Assembly: GCA_945290265.1 (NCBI GenBank)
Contig: CALYQW010000008.1
Coordinates: 3,494-67,493, forward strand
Length of the DNA stretch: 64,000 bases
Source of the DNA: an uncultured Erwinia sp.
GTDB taxonomy: Bacteria; Pseudomonadota; Gammaproteobacteria; Enterobacterales; Enterobacteriaceae
Reading direction: 5' to 3'
In this document: positions 33,001 through 42,647 of the stretch, piece after piece
Layout: each line of letters starts with the position of its first letter
Numbering within the stretch: the first letter of the stretch is position 1
The notes under the pieces: model-generated
The model's input: the letters and a program-made list of their open reading frames with translations, nothing else
Told to the model about the DNA's origin: nothing
Databases searched by the model: none
Made by a program: the position numbers and the translations under genes

Positions 33001-33799
33001 GTGCTGGCTGGCCGGACAGAACTATGGCCACATCCGTGGCAGTATGATCCCGGATGGTCAGACGCTGAAACTGGAAAACGGCCTGATTGACAGCCCCCAT
33101 GCGCGGCTGACCCTTGCCGGTGAATGGGTCAACGCCCCCGGCGGGCAACGTACCTCGATTAAAGGCAACCTGAGTGGTAACAAAATGGATGCCGCTACCC
33201 GCTGGTTTGGTATTGATACCCCGCTGCGTGATTCTCCGTTTAATATCACCTACGATTTGCACTGGCGGGCTAACCCGTGGCAGCCTGATTTCGCCACGCT
33301 GAGCGGATTACTCAAGACCCATCTGGGTGCCGGGCAAATTGATGATGTCTCTACCGGCCGCACCGGTCAGTTGCTGCGCCTGGTCAGTTTTGATGCCCTG
33401 CTGCGTAAGCTGCGTCTGGATTTCAGAGACACCTTCCGTCAGGGCTTTTACTTTGACTCCATCAACGGTAACGCCTGGATTGATAAAGGGGTAATTCACA
33501 CTGATAAGCTGCTGATCGACGGGCTGGAAGCCGATATCACCATGAGCGGGCAGATGGATCTGGTGAACCGTGAGATAGATATGCAGGCGATTGTGGCGCC
33601 GGAAGTGTCGGCAACCATTGGGGTTGGCGTGGCCTTTGCCATTAACCCGGTGGTGGGGGCGGCAGTGTTTGCCGCCAGCCAGGCGCTGGCACCGCTATGG
33701 AATAAAATTTCGCTGCTGCGTTATCACATCAGCGGCTCGCTGGATAAACCGCAGGTCAGTGAAGTGTTGCGGCAACCGCGTGAGCAGGAGAGCAGATGA
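30029..33799 (+). CDS. yhdP: AsmA-like inner-membrane-anchored phospholipid transport protein YhdP
   Basis: From ORF 29999..33799. GTG 30029 (VRRLPGILLLTGAA, matching E. coli MRRLPGILLLTGAA) has an AAGGAGAGG Shine-Dalgarno upstream. The conserved C-terminus SLLRYHISGSLDKPQVSEVLRQP is present. Confidence 0.95.
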   Translation: MRRLPGILLLTGAATVVIIALLVSGLRLLMPHLNSWREPILARVTALTGSPLQASALSGSWQNFGPQLEIKDIQAQLPDGGVLKIQRVTLALDVWQSLLHLRWQFRDLTFWQLHLTTNTPLTRRSDSTMATDQLQNLFLRQFDHFILRDSTFNFVTPSDQRATLAIPQLTWLNERSRHRAEGEVSLSSITGQHGVVQVRLDVRDRNGFLDTGKVWLQAENIDVKPWLSQWVRDKTRLDSANFTLNAWMDISNGDIAGGAIHLQTGGAAWQGDNTTHHLNVDNLLAHISRVQGGWQLKVPQTRFITDGQAWPQGKLALLWLPEKTQPELRVRLTDVDLTTLDPLLPLSAQLAPELLENWQQLRPRGRLQAAAADIPLNNPQQTRFQAQWRDLGWQAWKQLPAMEHLNGQLSGSVDDGRVAFRVQQAVLQVGDTFRAPLEINQASGALSWQHNAQGLTLSGEQLDVQAKSLWGRGDFRYQQVQGQPPRLDILAGINATNIGDAWRYFPQKLMGKSLTDYLSSAIQAGSVENATLIFSGNPHQFPFHHNEGMFQVAVPARNATFAFQPDWLPLTDLDVDLNFINNGLWMDATKTRLGEVSGRNIQAVIPDYMKERIVIDGDVSGCGEQVRDFFNHSTLKKTIGSALEQLKVTGEVSSRLHLDIPFDGEQVKASGDVNLHHNRVLIKPLGSTLHQLSGRFSFDNGNLHSEPMQAEWFGQPLNVSFTTREGEKDFQVGVNLQADWRPDKLALIPAALREKLGGHLPWQSTVSIVLLHHGGATYQVQAKGDFKEVSSHLPSPLDKTDSAALPVQVEASGDLHSFTLSGTLADNQRFNSRWLLGKSLRLDRGVLTNAVKTPPLPAFHGLYLNLPPINGESWLALALAAGAGSEANKQASLLPGEIHLHTPALSLAGQQWQDLTAEVSQDLAGLNVSAQGREIRGTLSIRHNAPWTGHIKYLYYNPQWQHHPGEKNTAQVDVKTLDFSRWPALRLDCEQCWLAGQNYGHIRGSMIPDGQTLKLENGLIDSPHARLTLAGEWVNAPGGQRTSIKGNLSGNKMDAATRWFGIDTPLRDSPFNITYDLHWRANPWQPDFATLSGLLKTHLGAGQIDDVSTGRTGQLLRLVSFDALLRKLRLDFRDTFRQGFYFDSINGNAWIDKGVIHTDKLLIDGLEADITMSGQMDLVNREIDMQAIVAPEVSATIGVGVAFAINPVVGAAVFAASQALAPLWNKISLLRYHISGSLDKPQVSEVLRQPREQESR

Positions 33800-33900
33800 G
33801 TTTGACGTAGCGGCGGAATTGCCGCAGGCTACGCTGATATCATCATTACAGCACCGTGAAGGCTGGTGATAACCGGTCCTCTATTGATAAGCGAGAATTT

Positions 33901-35346
33901 ATGAGTCTTAATCTGGTAAGTGAGCAGTTACTGACTGCCAACAATCTCACTCACAGCGATCTGTTTTCTGTCCTCAGCCAGCTTTCTGAACGTCGGCTTG
34001 ATTATGCCGATCTCTATTTCCAGTCCAGCTACCATGAATCCTGGGTGCTGGAAGATCGTATTATCAAAGACGGTTCATACAATATTGACCAGGGCGTTGG
34101 CGTGCGCGCCATCAGCGGTGAGAAAACCGGCTTTGCCTATGCTGACCAGCTGACGCTGGATGCGTTGCATCAGAGCGCAACGGCCGCACGCAGTATCGTG
34201 CGTGAGCAGGGTAATGGTCAGTCGCAGGTGCTGAATGCGCTGCAGCATCGGGCGCTGTATCCACAGCAGGATCCGCTGCACAGCCTGACGCGCGAAGAAA
34301 AGATTGCCCTGTTGCACCGCGTGGACAGTGCTGCCCGGGCGGCAGATAAGCGGGTGCAGGAAGTCTCCGTCAGTCTGACCGGCGTTTATGAGCAGGTGCT
34401 GGTAGCGGCCACTGATGGCACCCTGGCCGCGGATATTCGTCCGCTGGTGCGTCTGTCGGTCAGCGTCCAGGTGGAAGAAGACGGCAAGCGCGAGCGCGGC
34501 AGCAGCGGCGGCGGCGGGCGCTTTGGCTATGAATTCTTCCTGGCTAATGAGTCCGGTGAAGTGCGGGCCGATGCCTGGGCGCGTGAAGCGGTGCGCATGG
34601 CGCTGGTGAATCTCAATGCGGTGGCCGCGCCGGCGGGATCGATCCCGGTGGTGCTGGGTGCCGGCTGGCCGGGCGTATTGCTGCATGAAGCGGTGGGGCA
34701 CGGTCTGGAAGGGGATTTTAACCGCCGTGGCACCTCGGTGTTCAGTGGTCAGATTGGCCAGCTGGTGGCGTCAGAACTGTGCACCGTGGTGGACGATGGC
34801 ACCCTGGAAGGGCTGCGCGGCTCGCTGGCGATGGATGACGAAGGCGTACCGGGTCAGTACAACGTGCTGATCGAAAATGGCGTGCTGAAGGGCTATATGC
34901 AGGACAAACTCAACGCCCGCCTGATGGGGGTTGCGCCAACCGGCAATGGTCGCCGTGAATCCTACGCGCATCTGCCGATGCCACGTATGACCAACACTTA
35001 TATGCTGGCCGGTCAGTCCACGCCGGAAGAGATTATTGCCAGCGTCGACTACGGCCTGTATGCCCCTAACTTTGGCGGCGGTCAGGTGGATATTACTTCC
35101 GGTAAATTTGTCTTCTCGACCTCGGAAGCGTATCTGATCGAAAACGGTAAAGTGACCAAACCGGTGAAGGGGGCAACGCTGATTGGCTCCGGCATTGAAG
35201 CGATGCAGCAAATTTCGATGGTCGGCAACGATCTGGCGCTGGACAAAGGCGTTGGCGTTTGTGGCAAAGAAGGCCAGAGCCTGCCGGTCGGCGTAGGTCA
35301 GCCCACGCTGAAACTGGATAAACTCACGGTGGGTGGGACTGCCTGA
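33901..35346 (+). CDS. tldD: Metalloprotease TldD
   Basis: From ORF 33856..35346 (the track start is a GTG). ATG 33901 ([11 protein letters not shown]) gives 481 aa, as in E. coli. Contains the [16 protein letters not shown] zinc motif. Confidence 0.97.
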   Translation: MSLNLVSEQLLTANNLTHSDLFSVLSQLSERRLDYADLYFQSSYHESWVLEDRIIKDGSYNIDQGVGVRAISGEKTGFAYADQLTLDALHQSATAARSIVREQGNGQSQVLNALQHRALYPQQDPLHSLTREEKIALLHRVDSAARAADKRVQEVSVSLTGVYEQVLVAATDGTLAADIRPLVRLSVSVQVEEDGKRERGSSGGGGRFGYEFFLANESGEVRADAWAREAVRMALVNLNAVAAPAGSIPVVLGAGWPGVLLHEAVGHGLEGDFNRRGTSVFSGQIGQLVASELCTVVDDGTLEGLRGSLAMDDEGVPGQYNVLIENGVLKGYMQDKLNARLMGVAPTGNGRRESYAHLPMPRMTNTYMLAGQSTPEEIIASVDYGLYAPNFGGGQVDITSGKFVFSTSEAYLIENGKVTKPVKGATLIGSGIEAMQQISMVGNDLALDKGVGVCGKEGQSLPVGVGQPTLKLDKLTVGGTA

Positions 35347-35391
35347 TCGTGCACTCCCCGTCAGGCAGGACATGCGCCAGATAGCAGAAAC

Positions 35392-35426
35392 AAAAAGCCC
35401 GACTGGTGAGGTCGGGCTTTTTGTTT
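35392..35426. terminator. Bidirectional rho-independent terminator (tldD on +, predicted sRNA on -)
   Basis: AAAAAGCCCGAC-tggtgag-GTCGGGCTTTTTGTTT. There is an A-run upstream and a T-run downstream, so it is competent on both strands. Confidence 0.8.
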
Positions 35427-35447
35427 CCGGCATTCATTGAGTGGTGT

Positions 35448-35479
35448 CTCTGACCGGAGTGTGGTTCTCTACATCCAAC
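35448..35479 (+). repeat. 32-nt repeat copy 1 (inside the sRNA gene)
   Basis: ctctgaccggagtgtggttctctacatccaac. Matches copy 2 at 29 of 32 positions, including a perfect 17-nt run ggttctctacatccaac. Confidence 0.9.
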
Positions 35480-35485
35480 TGCTCA

Positions 35486-35514
35486 ATTTTAAAACAGATA
35501 CACAGCTATGTCAA
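35486..35514 (-). promoter_or_regulatory. Sigma70 promoter of the antisense sRNA
   Basis: Minus strand reads TTGACA (35514..35509), then a 17-nt spacer, then TAAAT-type -10 TAAAAT (35491..35486). Confidence 0.65.
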
Positions 35515-35627
35515 AAGCCCGAAAGTTCGTTTATGGTGCTGTGGTTGGCACTGAAAGAATTTCGCTCCAGCGCTCCTCTCATAAATATATAAGCCCTGGC
35601 TAAATACAGGTGGTGCTGTGTTTAGTA

Positions 35628-35659
35628 CTCTGGCTGGAGTGAGGTTCTCTACATCCAAC
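35628..35659 (+). repeat. 32-nt repeat copy 2 (predicted sRNA target in the toxin mRNA leader)
   Basis: ctctggctggagtgaggttctctacatccaac, ending 71 nt upstream of the toxin ATG. As RNA:RNA pairing, two of the three differences become G-U pairs, leaving a single A-A mismatch. Confidence 0.9.
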
Positions 35660-35730
35660 GAGAAGAGACCATAGTGACAGGCAGCCCATGAGTAAACTGT
35701 GGGATCTCACTCCCTGTAAAGGGAAAGCGG

Positions 35731-35814
35731 ATGATTGATAAAACAATCATTGTTCTCGGTGCGTTAATTTCGTTCCTTGAACTGATTCGTTATCTTCTCC
35801 AGTTGATGGGCTGA
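35731..35814 (+). CDS. dinQ: DinQ-like 27-aa single-TM type I toxin peptide
   Basis: ATG ATT GAT AAA ACA ... GGC TGA translates to MIDKTIIVLGALISFLELIRYLLQLMG. I recall the E. coli DinQ peptide as MIDKAIIVLGALIALLELIRFLLQLLN, which is about 21/27 identical. It is below the ORF-track size cutoff and is followed by a terminator. Confidence 0.65.
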   Translation: MIDKTIIVLGALISFLELIRYLLQLMG

Positions 35815-35830
35815 TAACGGAAACGTAGCT

Positions 35831-35860
35831 AAGGCCGAAGACTAACCCGCTTCGGCCTTT
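35831..35860. terminator. Hairpin between the dinQ-like gene and the convergent aaeR
   Basis: AAGGCCGAAG (35831..35840) pairs with CTTCGGCCTT (35850..35859). It lies 17 nt after the toxin stop and 16 nt after the aaeR stop. Confidence 0.6.
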
Positions 35861-35875
35861 AACCGCCCGCAGTAC

Positions 35876-36793
35876 TTATTCCGCACGAAATTCCTGATAA
35901 ATTTGCGCCGCTTTCTTAAAATAATCAGTGAGATAATTAATGCACACCTGCACCTTGAGCGGCAGCTTATCTTTTTGCGTGTAGACCGCGTACACCGGGC
36001 GGGGCACGGACTGATAGTGAGCAAACAGGATCTCCACCTCGCCGGCTTTAATCTCCTCAAGGATCCACATCAGCGGGACATAAGCGATCCCCGCGCCGGT
36101 TTTCAGCCAGCGGATTAACGTCTGTGAATCATTGGTGGCAAAACGTCCCTGCGGCGACAGCCGGATGGAAATCCCCTCCGGTGAGGTCAGTTCTACGTCG
36201 TTATCCGGACGCACGCTGTATTCCAGCCAGGAGAAATTACCGATATCCGAAGGTTTTTCCGGCGTACCGTGTTGAACAAGGTAACTTTTAGCGGCGCAGA
36301 CTACCATCGGCATGGTGCCAATACGGCGTGAAAACAGGCTGGAATCCTGCAGGGCACCAATGCGCAGCACCAAATCCAGGCCATCAGCAATCAGGTCGGG
36401 TGCCGGGATGCCGGTCACCAGATTCACCGTCAGTCCCGGATACTCTTTCAGCATCTCGGCAGTCATACTGGCTAGCAGGTTCTGCGACATGGTGGAGGAG
36501 CTGCCAATGCGCAGGGTGCCAATCGGGGTATTATTGAACGCCCACAGTTGCTCATGCACCTGCTGAGCCTCTGACATCATGCGGCGGCAGCCCTGAAAGT
36601 AAATTTTACCGGCTTCGGTCAGGCCAATGCTGCGGGTACTGCGGTTCAGTAGCTTCACCTGCAGGCTGTCTTCCAGCCGGGCGATAATCTGGCTGACGGC
36701 AGAGACGCTGATTTGCAGCTGCTGGGCGGCGGTGGTGAAGGAACCTAACTCCACCACTTTGGTAAACACCGACATACCCTTTAAACGTTCCAT
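35876..36793 (-). CDS. aaeR: LysR-family activator AaeR
   Basis: 305 aa. Contains MERLKGMSVFTKVVELGSFTTAAQQLQISVSAVSQ. It is divergent from aaeXAB. Confidence 0.93.
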   Translation of the reverse strand: MERLKGMSVFTKVVELGSFTTAAQQLQISVSAVSQIIARLEDSLQVKLLNRSTRSIGLTEAGKIYFQGCRRMMSEAQQVHEQLWAFNNTPIGTLRIGSSSTMSQNLLASMTAEMLKEYPGLTVNLVTGIPAPDLIADGLDLVLRIGALQDSSLFSRRIGTMPMVVCAAKSYLVQHGTPEKPSDIGNFSWLEYSVRPDNDVELTSPEGISIRLSPQGRFATNDSQTLIRWLKTGAGIAYVPLMWILEEIKAGEVEILFAHYQSVPRPVYAVYTQKDKLPLKVQVCINYLTDYFKKAAQIYQEFRAE

Positions 36794-37044
36794 TATTAAC
36801 CCTGGCTTAAAAGTGATTTAGATCACATTTGATGGATAACCGATAGTTAAGCGCGTTACTATAGCATTATTGGGCTGCTGTTCCGCAGTCCCCTGCCTGG
36901 TAACAGCCGCAGTACTGACTATGCTCTGGGAACAGCGCCATTGTTGCAAGATCCGCCTTCATCGTTGCATATTTAACATCCCGTAGCAGGATGAGGTCGC
37001 GTTGTGTTTAACCCGAACTGGCAGGTAATTAACAAGGGAAAACA

Positions 37045-37248
37045 ATGAGTGTGCTACCGGTTATTGTGGTTTTTGGGATGTCATTTCCCCCCATCTTCTT
37101 TGAAATTATGGTTTCACTGATCCTGTTCTGGCTGGTGAGACGGCTGCTGACCCCCAGCGGAATTTACGATCTGGTCTGGCATCCGGCGCTGTTCAACACC
37201 GCTTTGTACTGCTGTCTGTTTTATCTGGTATCACGCTTGTTCGTCTGA
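37045..37248 (+). CDS. aaeX: Small membrane protein AaeX
   Basis: 67 aa. [61 protein letters not shown] is near-identical to E. coli AaeX. Confidence 0.95.
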   Translation: MSVLPVIVVFGMSFPPIFFEIMVSLILFWLVRRLLTPSGIYDLVWHPALFNTALYCCLFYLVSRLFV

Positions 37249-37255
37249 GGTCATT

Positions 37256-38188
37256 GTGAAAGCATTAACACGAAAAATTTCCCGTTTTACCATAACTGTG
37301 CTGCTGGTGATTGTTGCGGCGGTGCTGATATTTCGCGTCTGGGTGTTTTACACCGAGTCTCCCTGGACGCGTGATGCCAAATTCTCTGCGGACGTCGTGG
37401 CGATCGCGCCCGATGTCAGCGGCCTGATCACCGAGGTGCGGGTTCATGATAACCAGCTGGTGCAGCAGGGGCAGATACTGTTTACCATTGACCGGCCACG
37501 CTACCAGCAGGCGCTGGCGCAGGCGGAAGCCGATGTGGCTTACTATCAGGCTATTCTGGGTGAGAAAAGCCGTGAAGCCAGTCGCCGTAACCGCCTGGGA
37601 TCGGTAGCGCTGTCGCGTGAGGCCATTGACCAGGCGAATAACGATTACCAGACCACTGAACATCAGCTGGCGAAAGCCGTAGCGACCCGCGACCTGGCAC
37701 GGCTGGATCTGCAGCGTACCGAGATTAAAGCCCCGTCAGCAGGCTGGATCACCAACCTTAACGTCTACGGCGGTGAATTTATCACCCGTGGTTCGACGGC
37801 AGTAGCGCTGGTTAAACAGCACTCATTCTATGTGCTGGCCTATCTGGAAGAAACCAAACTGGAAGGGATTCGCCCCGGGTATCGGGTAGAGATCACGCCG
37901 CTGGGCAGCAACCGCCTGTTGTATGGTTCGGTAGACAGTATCGCGGCCGGGGTCACCAACAGCAGCAGTAGCGTTGACAGTAAAGGGATGGCGACCATCG
38001 ACTCGAATCTGGAGTGGGTGCGCCTGGCACAACGGGTGCCGGTACGTATTCATCTGGATGCGCAGCCGGGCAACCTCTATCCTTCAGGCACCACGGCGAC
38101 CGTGGTGATTACCGGTGAGAAGGGGCATGAGCGTGAGACCATTTCGCCCTTTGCCCGCATGATCTATCGCCTGCGTGAGTTTGGGTAA
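37256..38188 (+). CDS. aaeA: p-Hydroxybenzoic acid efflux pump, membrane-fusion subunit AaeA
   Basis: 310 aa with a GTG start. Contains [28 protein letters not shown] and [17 protein letters not shown]. Confidence 0.95.
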   Translation: MKALTRKISRFTITVLLVIVAAVLIFRVWVFYTESPWTRDAKFSADVVAIAPDVSGLITEVRVHDNQLVQQGQILFTIDRPRYQQALAQAEADVAYYQAILGEKSREASRRNRLGSVALSREAIDQANNDYQTTEHQLAKAVATRDLARLDLQRTEIKAPSAGWITNLNVYGGEFITRGSTAVALVKQHSFYVLAYLEETKLEGIRPGYRVEITPLGSNRLLYGSVDSIAAGVTNSSSSVDSKGMATIDSNLEWVRLAQRVPVRIHLDAQPGNLYPSGTTATVVITGEKGHERETISPFARMIYRLREFG

Positions 38189-38199
38189 GGGCTGAATCC

Positions 38200-40161
38200 A
38201 TGATGCAGTGGTATCGCCTGCGCTTCCCGCTGAAGCTGACGTTCGCTATCTTGCTGGCGCTGATCGTCGGCTTTGTGTTCAATCTGCAAACCCCGCGCTG
38301 GGCGGTGATGACCGCCGCCATTGTTGCCGGTGGCACCGCCTTTGCCGCTGGCGGCGATCCCTTTTCCGGCGCGCTGCGCCATCGCGGCATGCTGCGTATT
38401 ATCGGCACCTTTATTGGCTGTGCGGCGGCGCTGACCTTTATGATCGCCACCATGCGTGCGCCGGTGGTGACGCTGCTGCTGTGCTGCATCTGGGCCGGGG
38501 TATGCGTCTGGGTTTCCTCACTGATCAAGGTGGAAAACTCCTATGCCATGGGGCTGGCAGGCTATACCGCGCTGATTATTGTGGTCAGCGTCGATGCTAA
38601 CGGCTCCCTGTGGCTGGCACCGCAGTTTGCCGTTGAACGTTGCTGTGAAATTATCATCGGCATCGTCTGTGCCGTGCTGGCTGATATGCTGTTCTCACCG
38701 CGTTCAGTAAAGCAGGATGTTGACCGTGAGGTCGAGTCGCTGCTGGTGGAGCAGTACCGGCTGATGCAGCTCTGCGTGGCGCATGCGGATAAAGATGAAG
38801 TGGACAAGCTCTGGGCGGCGCTGGTGCGGCGCACCACGGCGCTGAAAAGTATGCGTACCCATCTGATGATGGAATCCGGTGGCTGGCATAAAGCCGCCCG
38901 CCGCCTTGAGGTGCTGAACAGCCTTTCGCTGACGCTGATCACCCAGGCCTGTGAAACCTTTCTGATCCAGAATTCACGCCCGGAATATGTACCGCCGCAA
39001 TTTCATCTGTTTTTTGATAAACCGGTTGAGAACATTGCGGATATTCACCGCAATATGAAGCAGATGCGCCGGGTGATTACCGTCAGTGGTAGCCGGCATA
39101 CCCCGGTGACCATCAGCAGCTGGGTTGGGGCCGCCAGTCGCTATCTGCTGTTAATGAAGGGCATTCAGACCAACAGCAGCATCAGCCTGATTGAACAGGG
39201 GGTGCTGAATGCCGAACCGGTGGTCAGGATGCGTTCGGCGGAAAACCGTCATGCGCTGATTAACGGTATCCGTACCTTTGTTGCCACCGCAGTGGGCTCG
39301 CTGTTCTGGCTGTGGAGCGGCTGGACGTCTGGCAGCGCAGCAATGATTATGCTGGCGGTAATCACCGCGCTGGCGATGCGGATGCCCAATCCGCTGCTGG
39401 TGGCGAAGGATTTTCTCTATGGCATGATCGCTGCGATCCCCATTGGATCGCTGTACTACATGTTTATTATGCCCAATACCCAGCAGAATATGCTGTTGCT
39501 GTGTATTGCCCTGGGGCTGCTGGCGTTTATTGCCGGGATCCTGATCCAGCGGCGTCAGATTGGTACTCTGGGGGGGCTGGTGGGTACCTTGAATATTCTG
39601 ACGCTAAGCAATCCGATGACGTTTAAAGTCAGCAGCTTTATCGACAGTGCGCTGGGCCAGGCCATGGGGTGCTTCCTGGCGTTACTGGTGATCCTGCTGA
39701 TCCGCGACAGTTCGCGTGAACGCATCGGGCGCACGCTGCTTAACCGCTTTATGTATGCAGCGGTGGCGGCAATGACCACTAATACCGCCCGCCGCCGCGA
39801 AAACCATCTGCCTGCGCTTTATCATCAGCTGTTTATGTTGCTGAATTTGTTTCCGGGGGATGTGAATAAATTTCGCCTGGCGCTGACGCTGATTATCGGT
39901 CACCAGCGTCTGCGCAATGCCGAGATCCCGATTAACGACGATTTGTCTGCCTTTCACCGCCAGTTACGCAATACGGCGGAAAAAGTGATGGGTGCCGGCA
40001 GTGATACCAAACGCGGCCATTATTTTACCCGTTTGCTCTCTGAACTGGATCTCTATCAGCAAAAGCTGGTGCAGTATGATGCCCCGCAGAGTGTCACCGA
40101 CCCGGTAGCGCGCCTGGCGCTGACGCTGAAGACTTACCAGAACACGCTGATCCAGATTTAG
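38200..40161 (+). CDS. aaeB: p-Hydroxybenzoic acid efflux pump subunit AaeB
   Basis: 653 aa. Contains [37 protein letters not shown] and a conserved C-terminal half ([31 protein letters not shown]). Confidence 0.95.
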   Translation: MMQWYRLRFPLKLTFAILLALIVGFVFNLQTPRWAVMTAAIVAGGTAFAAGGDPFSGALRHRGMLRIIGTFIGCAAALTFMIATMRAPVVTLLLCCIWAGVCVWVSSLIKVENSYAMGLAGYTALIIVVSVDANGSLWLAPQFAVERCCEIIIGIVCAVLADMLFSPRSVKQDVDREVESLLVEQYRLMQLCVAHADKDEVDKLWAALVRRTTALKSMRTHLMMESGGWHKAARRLEVLNSLSLTLITQACETFLIQNSRPEYVPPQFHLFFDKPVENIADIHRNMKQMRRVITVSGSRHTPVTISSWVGAASRYLLLMKGIQTNSSISLIEQGVLNAEPVVRMRSAENRHALINGIRTFVATAVGSLFWLWSGWTSGSAAMIMLAVITALAMRMPNPLLVAKDFLYGMIAAIPIGSLYYMFIMPNTQQNMLLLCIALGLLAFIAGILIQRRQIGTLGGLVGTLNILTLSNPMTFKVSSFIDSALGQAMGCFLALLVILLIRDSSRERIGRTLLNRFMYAAVAAMTTNTARRRENHLPALYHQLFMLLNLFPGDVNKFRLALTLIIGHQRLRNAEIPINDDLSAFHRQLRNTAEKVMGAGSDTKRGHYFTRLLSELDLYQQKLVQYDAPQSVTDPVARLALTLKTYQNTLIQI

Positions 40162-40287
40162 CGCTCCCCACAGGCCTGGCTGTCAGCGGCCTGCTAATCC
40201 CTGCCCCATGGCGGTGTATACTTATCTGAGTCAGTCGCTGCCAGTTAGCGCTGGGCGCTGACGTGCGTTCATCACGGAGCCGTCTTT

Positions 40288-40557
40288 ATGCATAAAGAAA
40301 TATTTGATTTCAACCAGATTAGCGGACAGGACGATTTCTTCGCTCAGTTCAGCCAGCGCTTTGCACTGGCGGCTAACAGTATCCACGATCTTGAAGCCCT
40401 GTGGCTGGCCATTGTCTGCCGGCGTATTCCGCTACCGCTGGAGATTGTGTTTACCAATCTCACCCGTGTGGCTCAACGGCGTTACGGTGCGCTGATCCTG
40501 CTGATGGAAAATGCGGAAGAAGAGCTGGAAGGGCAGTTTGAATTTAATCGCGGCTGA
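40288..40557 (+). CDS. yhcO: Barstar-family protein YhcO
   Basis: 89 aa. Contains FDFNQISGQDDFFAQFSQRF, LPLEIVF and RRYGALILLMENAEEELEGQFEFN, matching the E. coli YhcO pattern. Confidence 0.85.
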   Translation: MHKEIFDFNQISGQDDFFAQFSQRFALAANSIHDLEALWLAIVCRRIPLPLEIVFTNLTRVAQRRYGALILLMENAEEELEGQFEFNRG

Positions 40558-40576
40558 GAGGGCAGGAAAAAAAGAT

Positions 40577-40602
40577 CCCGCTGAACGGGATCAAAGATTC
40601 AT
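40577..40602 (-). terminator. Rho-independent terminator for the minus-strand DUF1471 gene(s)
   Basis: Minus strand reads GATCCCG-ttcag-CGGGATC followed by TTTTTTT. It lies about 140 nt downstream of the 40743 stop. Confidence 0.55.
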
Positions 40603-40742
40603 GGTGTGGGGTAAAAGGCCCCCTGATAAGGAATGCACGACCTGTGCCTGAAAGCCGCATTCGTTTTTCGTTATATCGTTTCCTCTTTTGACTCCGGCAA
40701 CCTGGAAGCGGATCACCGGTGAGTTGGGCAGCGTCTCGGCTG

Positions 40743-41012
40743 TTATTTATACAGCTCAGCAGTGGCGTGATAGCTGCCGTCAAGATGTGCTTCAATTATG
40801 CGATATGCGGATGCGCCTTCATTATCGGCTTTCTCAGACAGCTGCTGGCGAATTTCGGTGGGAACACCGTTAATGCCGCTGACGCTAATGGTACCGGTTG
40901 GCTGCATATTTTGCTGAATCACCTGTTCATTGCTGACCTGCTGTGCAGCGCCGGCAGAGAATGAGAGAACAGAAGCAAGACCTAAAGCAATGATTGAAAA
41001 CGTGTTTTTCAT
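40743..41012 (-). CDS. YdgH/BhsA/McbA-like (DUF1471) periplasmic stress protein, YhcN family
   Basis: From ORF 40743..41054. ATG 41012 gives MKNTFSIIALGLASVLSFSAGAA (a signal peptide). C-terminal family text: GASAYRIIEA...YHATAELYK. Confidence 0.85.
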   Translation of the reverse strand: MKNTFSIIALGLASVLSFSAGAAQQVSNEQVIQQNMQPTGTISVSGINGVPTEIRQQLSEKADNEGASAYRIIEAHLDGSYHATAELYK

Positions 41013-41135
41013 GATATTTCTCCAGTTATTGACGTGTGACGGGTCGATAACCAAATCATTCCGAGCAGAAGGAGTTTCTCTCCCGGGTTATCGTTCCGTT
41101 ACTGCGCCCTGGCCTGTACGGCCAGGTGGGTACGA

Positions 41136-41399
41136 TTATTTGTACAGTTCTGCGGTAGCATGCCAGTTACCGCGCTGACTGTTTTCAATCACCCGATAAG
41201 CGCTGGCACCTTTCTCACTGGCTTTAGCTTCCAGAGCCTGGCGAACATCCATCGGTGAACCGGTAATGCCACTGACGCTAACAGTACCGATTGACTGTAA
41301 ATTTTGCGCCTGATCGTTGTTAAGCAGTTCTGCTGAAAATGCACCAAATGTCAGAGCAGAGAGTACGGTAGTGAGGGCAAGAGTAGTTTTAAAGTTCAT
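41136..41399 (-). CDS. DUF1471 periplasmic stress protein, YhcN-family paralog
   Basis: 87 aa. Signal peptide MNFKTTLALTTVLSALTFGAFSA. C-terminus GASAYRVIENSQRGNWHATAELYK. It is a tandem paralog of the preceding gene. Confidence 0.85.
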   Translation of the reverse strand: MNFKTTLALTTVLSALTFGAFSAELLNNDQAQNLQSIGTVSVSGITGSPMDVRQALEAKASEKGASAYRVIENSQRGNWHATAELYK

Positions 41400-41769
41400 A
41401 ATTTATTCCTTATCAGTAATTTTTATCTTTTTAATTGGTGTGATTCTGATCACGAGACAAGTATAGATCTGATAACTGAAAATATTAATAGCATGCTAAT
41501 AATTATTTGATGTATTAATCAGGCTTCAGGTGAGGTTTTTATAACGGTAGGTTATAAAAAGTGACGATATTCTGTGCGGGAATGTGATAACTGCTGTGGA
41601 AACATTAAGTTGTTCCTCTTTGGCGTTTTGTGCCATAAATCACATTATGCCGGGGAAGGCAGGAGGATAAGGGCTGAAAGCCGCTGTTCAGGAGCAAGTG
41701 CAGGCAGTAAGGTGTGCTTAAATAGGATAACAGCGCCGGGAGCTGGAGACTCCCGACGGCGGCAGGGGG

Positions 41770-42240
41770 TTACAGCTCCTGCTCAAACAGTGCCAGGATC
41801 GCATCGTGCAGTTGCTGCACGGTAAAATTGCGTGCCGGAGTAATAAAGATAGTGTCATCGCCGGCGATAGTGCCAAGAATACCTTCAGCTTTGCCCAGCG
41901 AATCCAGCAGGCGGGCAATTAACTGCGCCGCGCCTGGGCTGGTGTGGATCACCACCAGCGCATCGTTAAAATCAATATCCAGTACCAGGTTCTTCAACGG
42001 ACTGGTGGTGGTGGGGACACCAAGCTCTGCGGGCAGGCAGTAAACCATCTCCATTTTAGTATTACGAGTGCGCACCGCACCAAATTTTGTCAGCATGCGC
42101 GACACTTTGGACTGATTAATGCTTTCAAAACCTTCCGCCTGCAGCGCGCTGACTATCTCGCCCTGAGAACTGAATTTTTCTTCTTTGAGCAGAGATTTGA
42201 ACGCTTTAGTCAAATCGTCTTGTTTGGATGAATTACGCAT
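41770..42240 (-). CDS. argR: Arginine repressor
   Basis: 156 aa. [32 protein letters not shown]...[22 protein letters not shown] is near-identical to E. coli ArgR. Confidence 0.98.
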   Translation of the reverse strand: MRNSSKQDDLTKAFKSLLKEEKFSSQGEIVSALQAEGFESINQSKVSRMLTKFGAVRTRNTKMEMVYCLPAELGVPTTTSPLKNLVLDIDFNDALVVIHTSPGAAQLIARLLDSLGKAEGILGTIAGDDTIFITPARNFTVQQLHDAILALFEQEL

Positions 42241-42285
42241 AATGTACCGATATTTTAAGAGACGCTTAACAGAACCCCGTTGGAG

Positions 42286-42324
42286 TGATGTTGATTATGC
42301 AGTTAAATGCATTTTTATGCAAAT
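42286..42324 (-). promoter_or_regulatory. Probable tandem ARG boxes (argR autoregulation)
   Basis: Minus strand reads ATTTGCATAAAAATGCAT, then TAA, then ACTGCATAATCAACATCA. That is two 18-bp AT-rich imperfect palindromes separated by 3 bp, 45-85 nt upstream of argR. This matches the ARG-box layout (TNTGAATWWWWATTCANW) only approximately. Confidence 0.45.
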
Positions 42325-42647
42325 AAGCCTGGTCACCGCTGCAACCGCCCAGCGCAGAGAATAAAATGTAATCAATGTGCTGCAGTTAGCATAAAAAACA
42401 AACAGATTTTGCTGTAATTGATGTTGTTCCAATAAGTGCTATAGGTATAAGGTAGCGACGAAACGCGATATCGGCCTGTTGCTGCACTCTGAATTGCCGT
42501 AAACAAGGTGCCGGACTGCCGTACCCGCGCTCAGGAACCAAATACAGCCGCAGTGGTTAGCGTGCTTCACTGTGCCGCAGAAAACGTCTGGGGCAGTCAA
42601 CATTCGATTTCACGGCATATAACGACACAAACCATTAGGAGTTCAGG

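Larger units (their letters stand above)
35390..35480 (-). ncRNA. Predicted AgrB-like antisense sRNA (antitoxin RNA of the dinQ-like type I locus)
   Basis: A near-consensus sigma70 promoter on the minus strand places the TSS at about 35479-35480. The first 32 nt of the transcript (GUUGGAUGUAGAGAACCACACUCCGGUCAGAG) complement 35628..35659 in the dinQ-like 5' UTR. The transcript ends at the 35392..35426 terminator, giving about 90 nt. Confidence 0.6.

Noticed and set aside
35560-35630. Search for a LexA (SOS) box upstream of the dinQ-like gene.
   Set aside because: The only candidates are CTGG-CTAAAT-ACAG (35596..35609), which has CTG-N8-CAG spacing rather than CTG-N10-CAG, and CTGTGTTTAGTACTCT, whose second half-site is wrong. 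I therefore do not claim SOS control.
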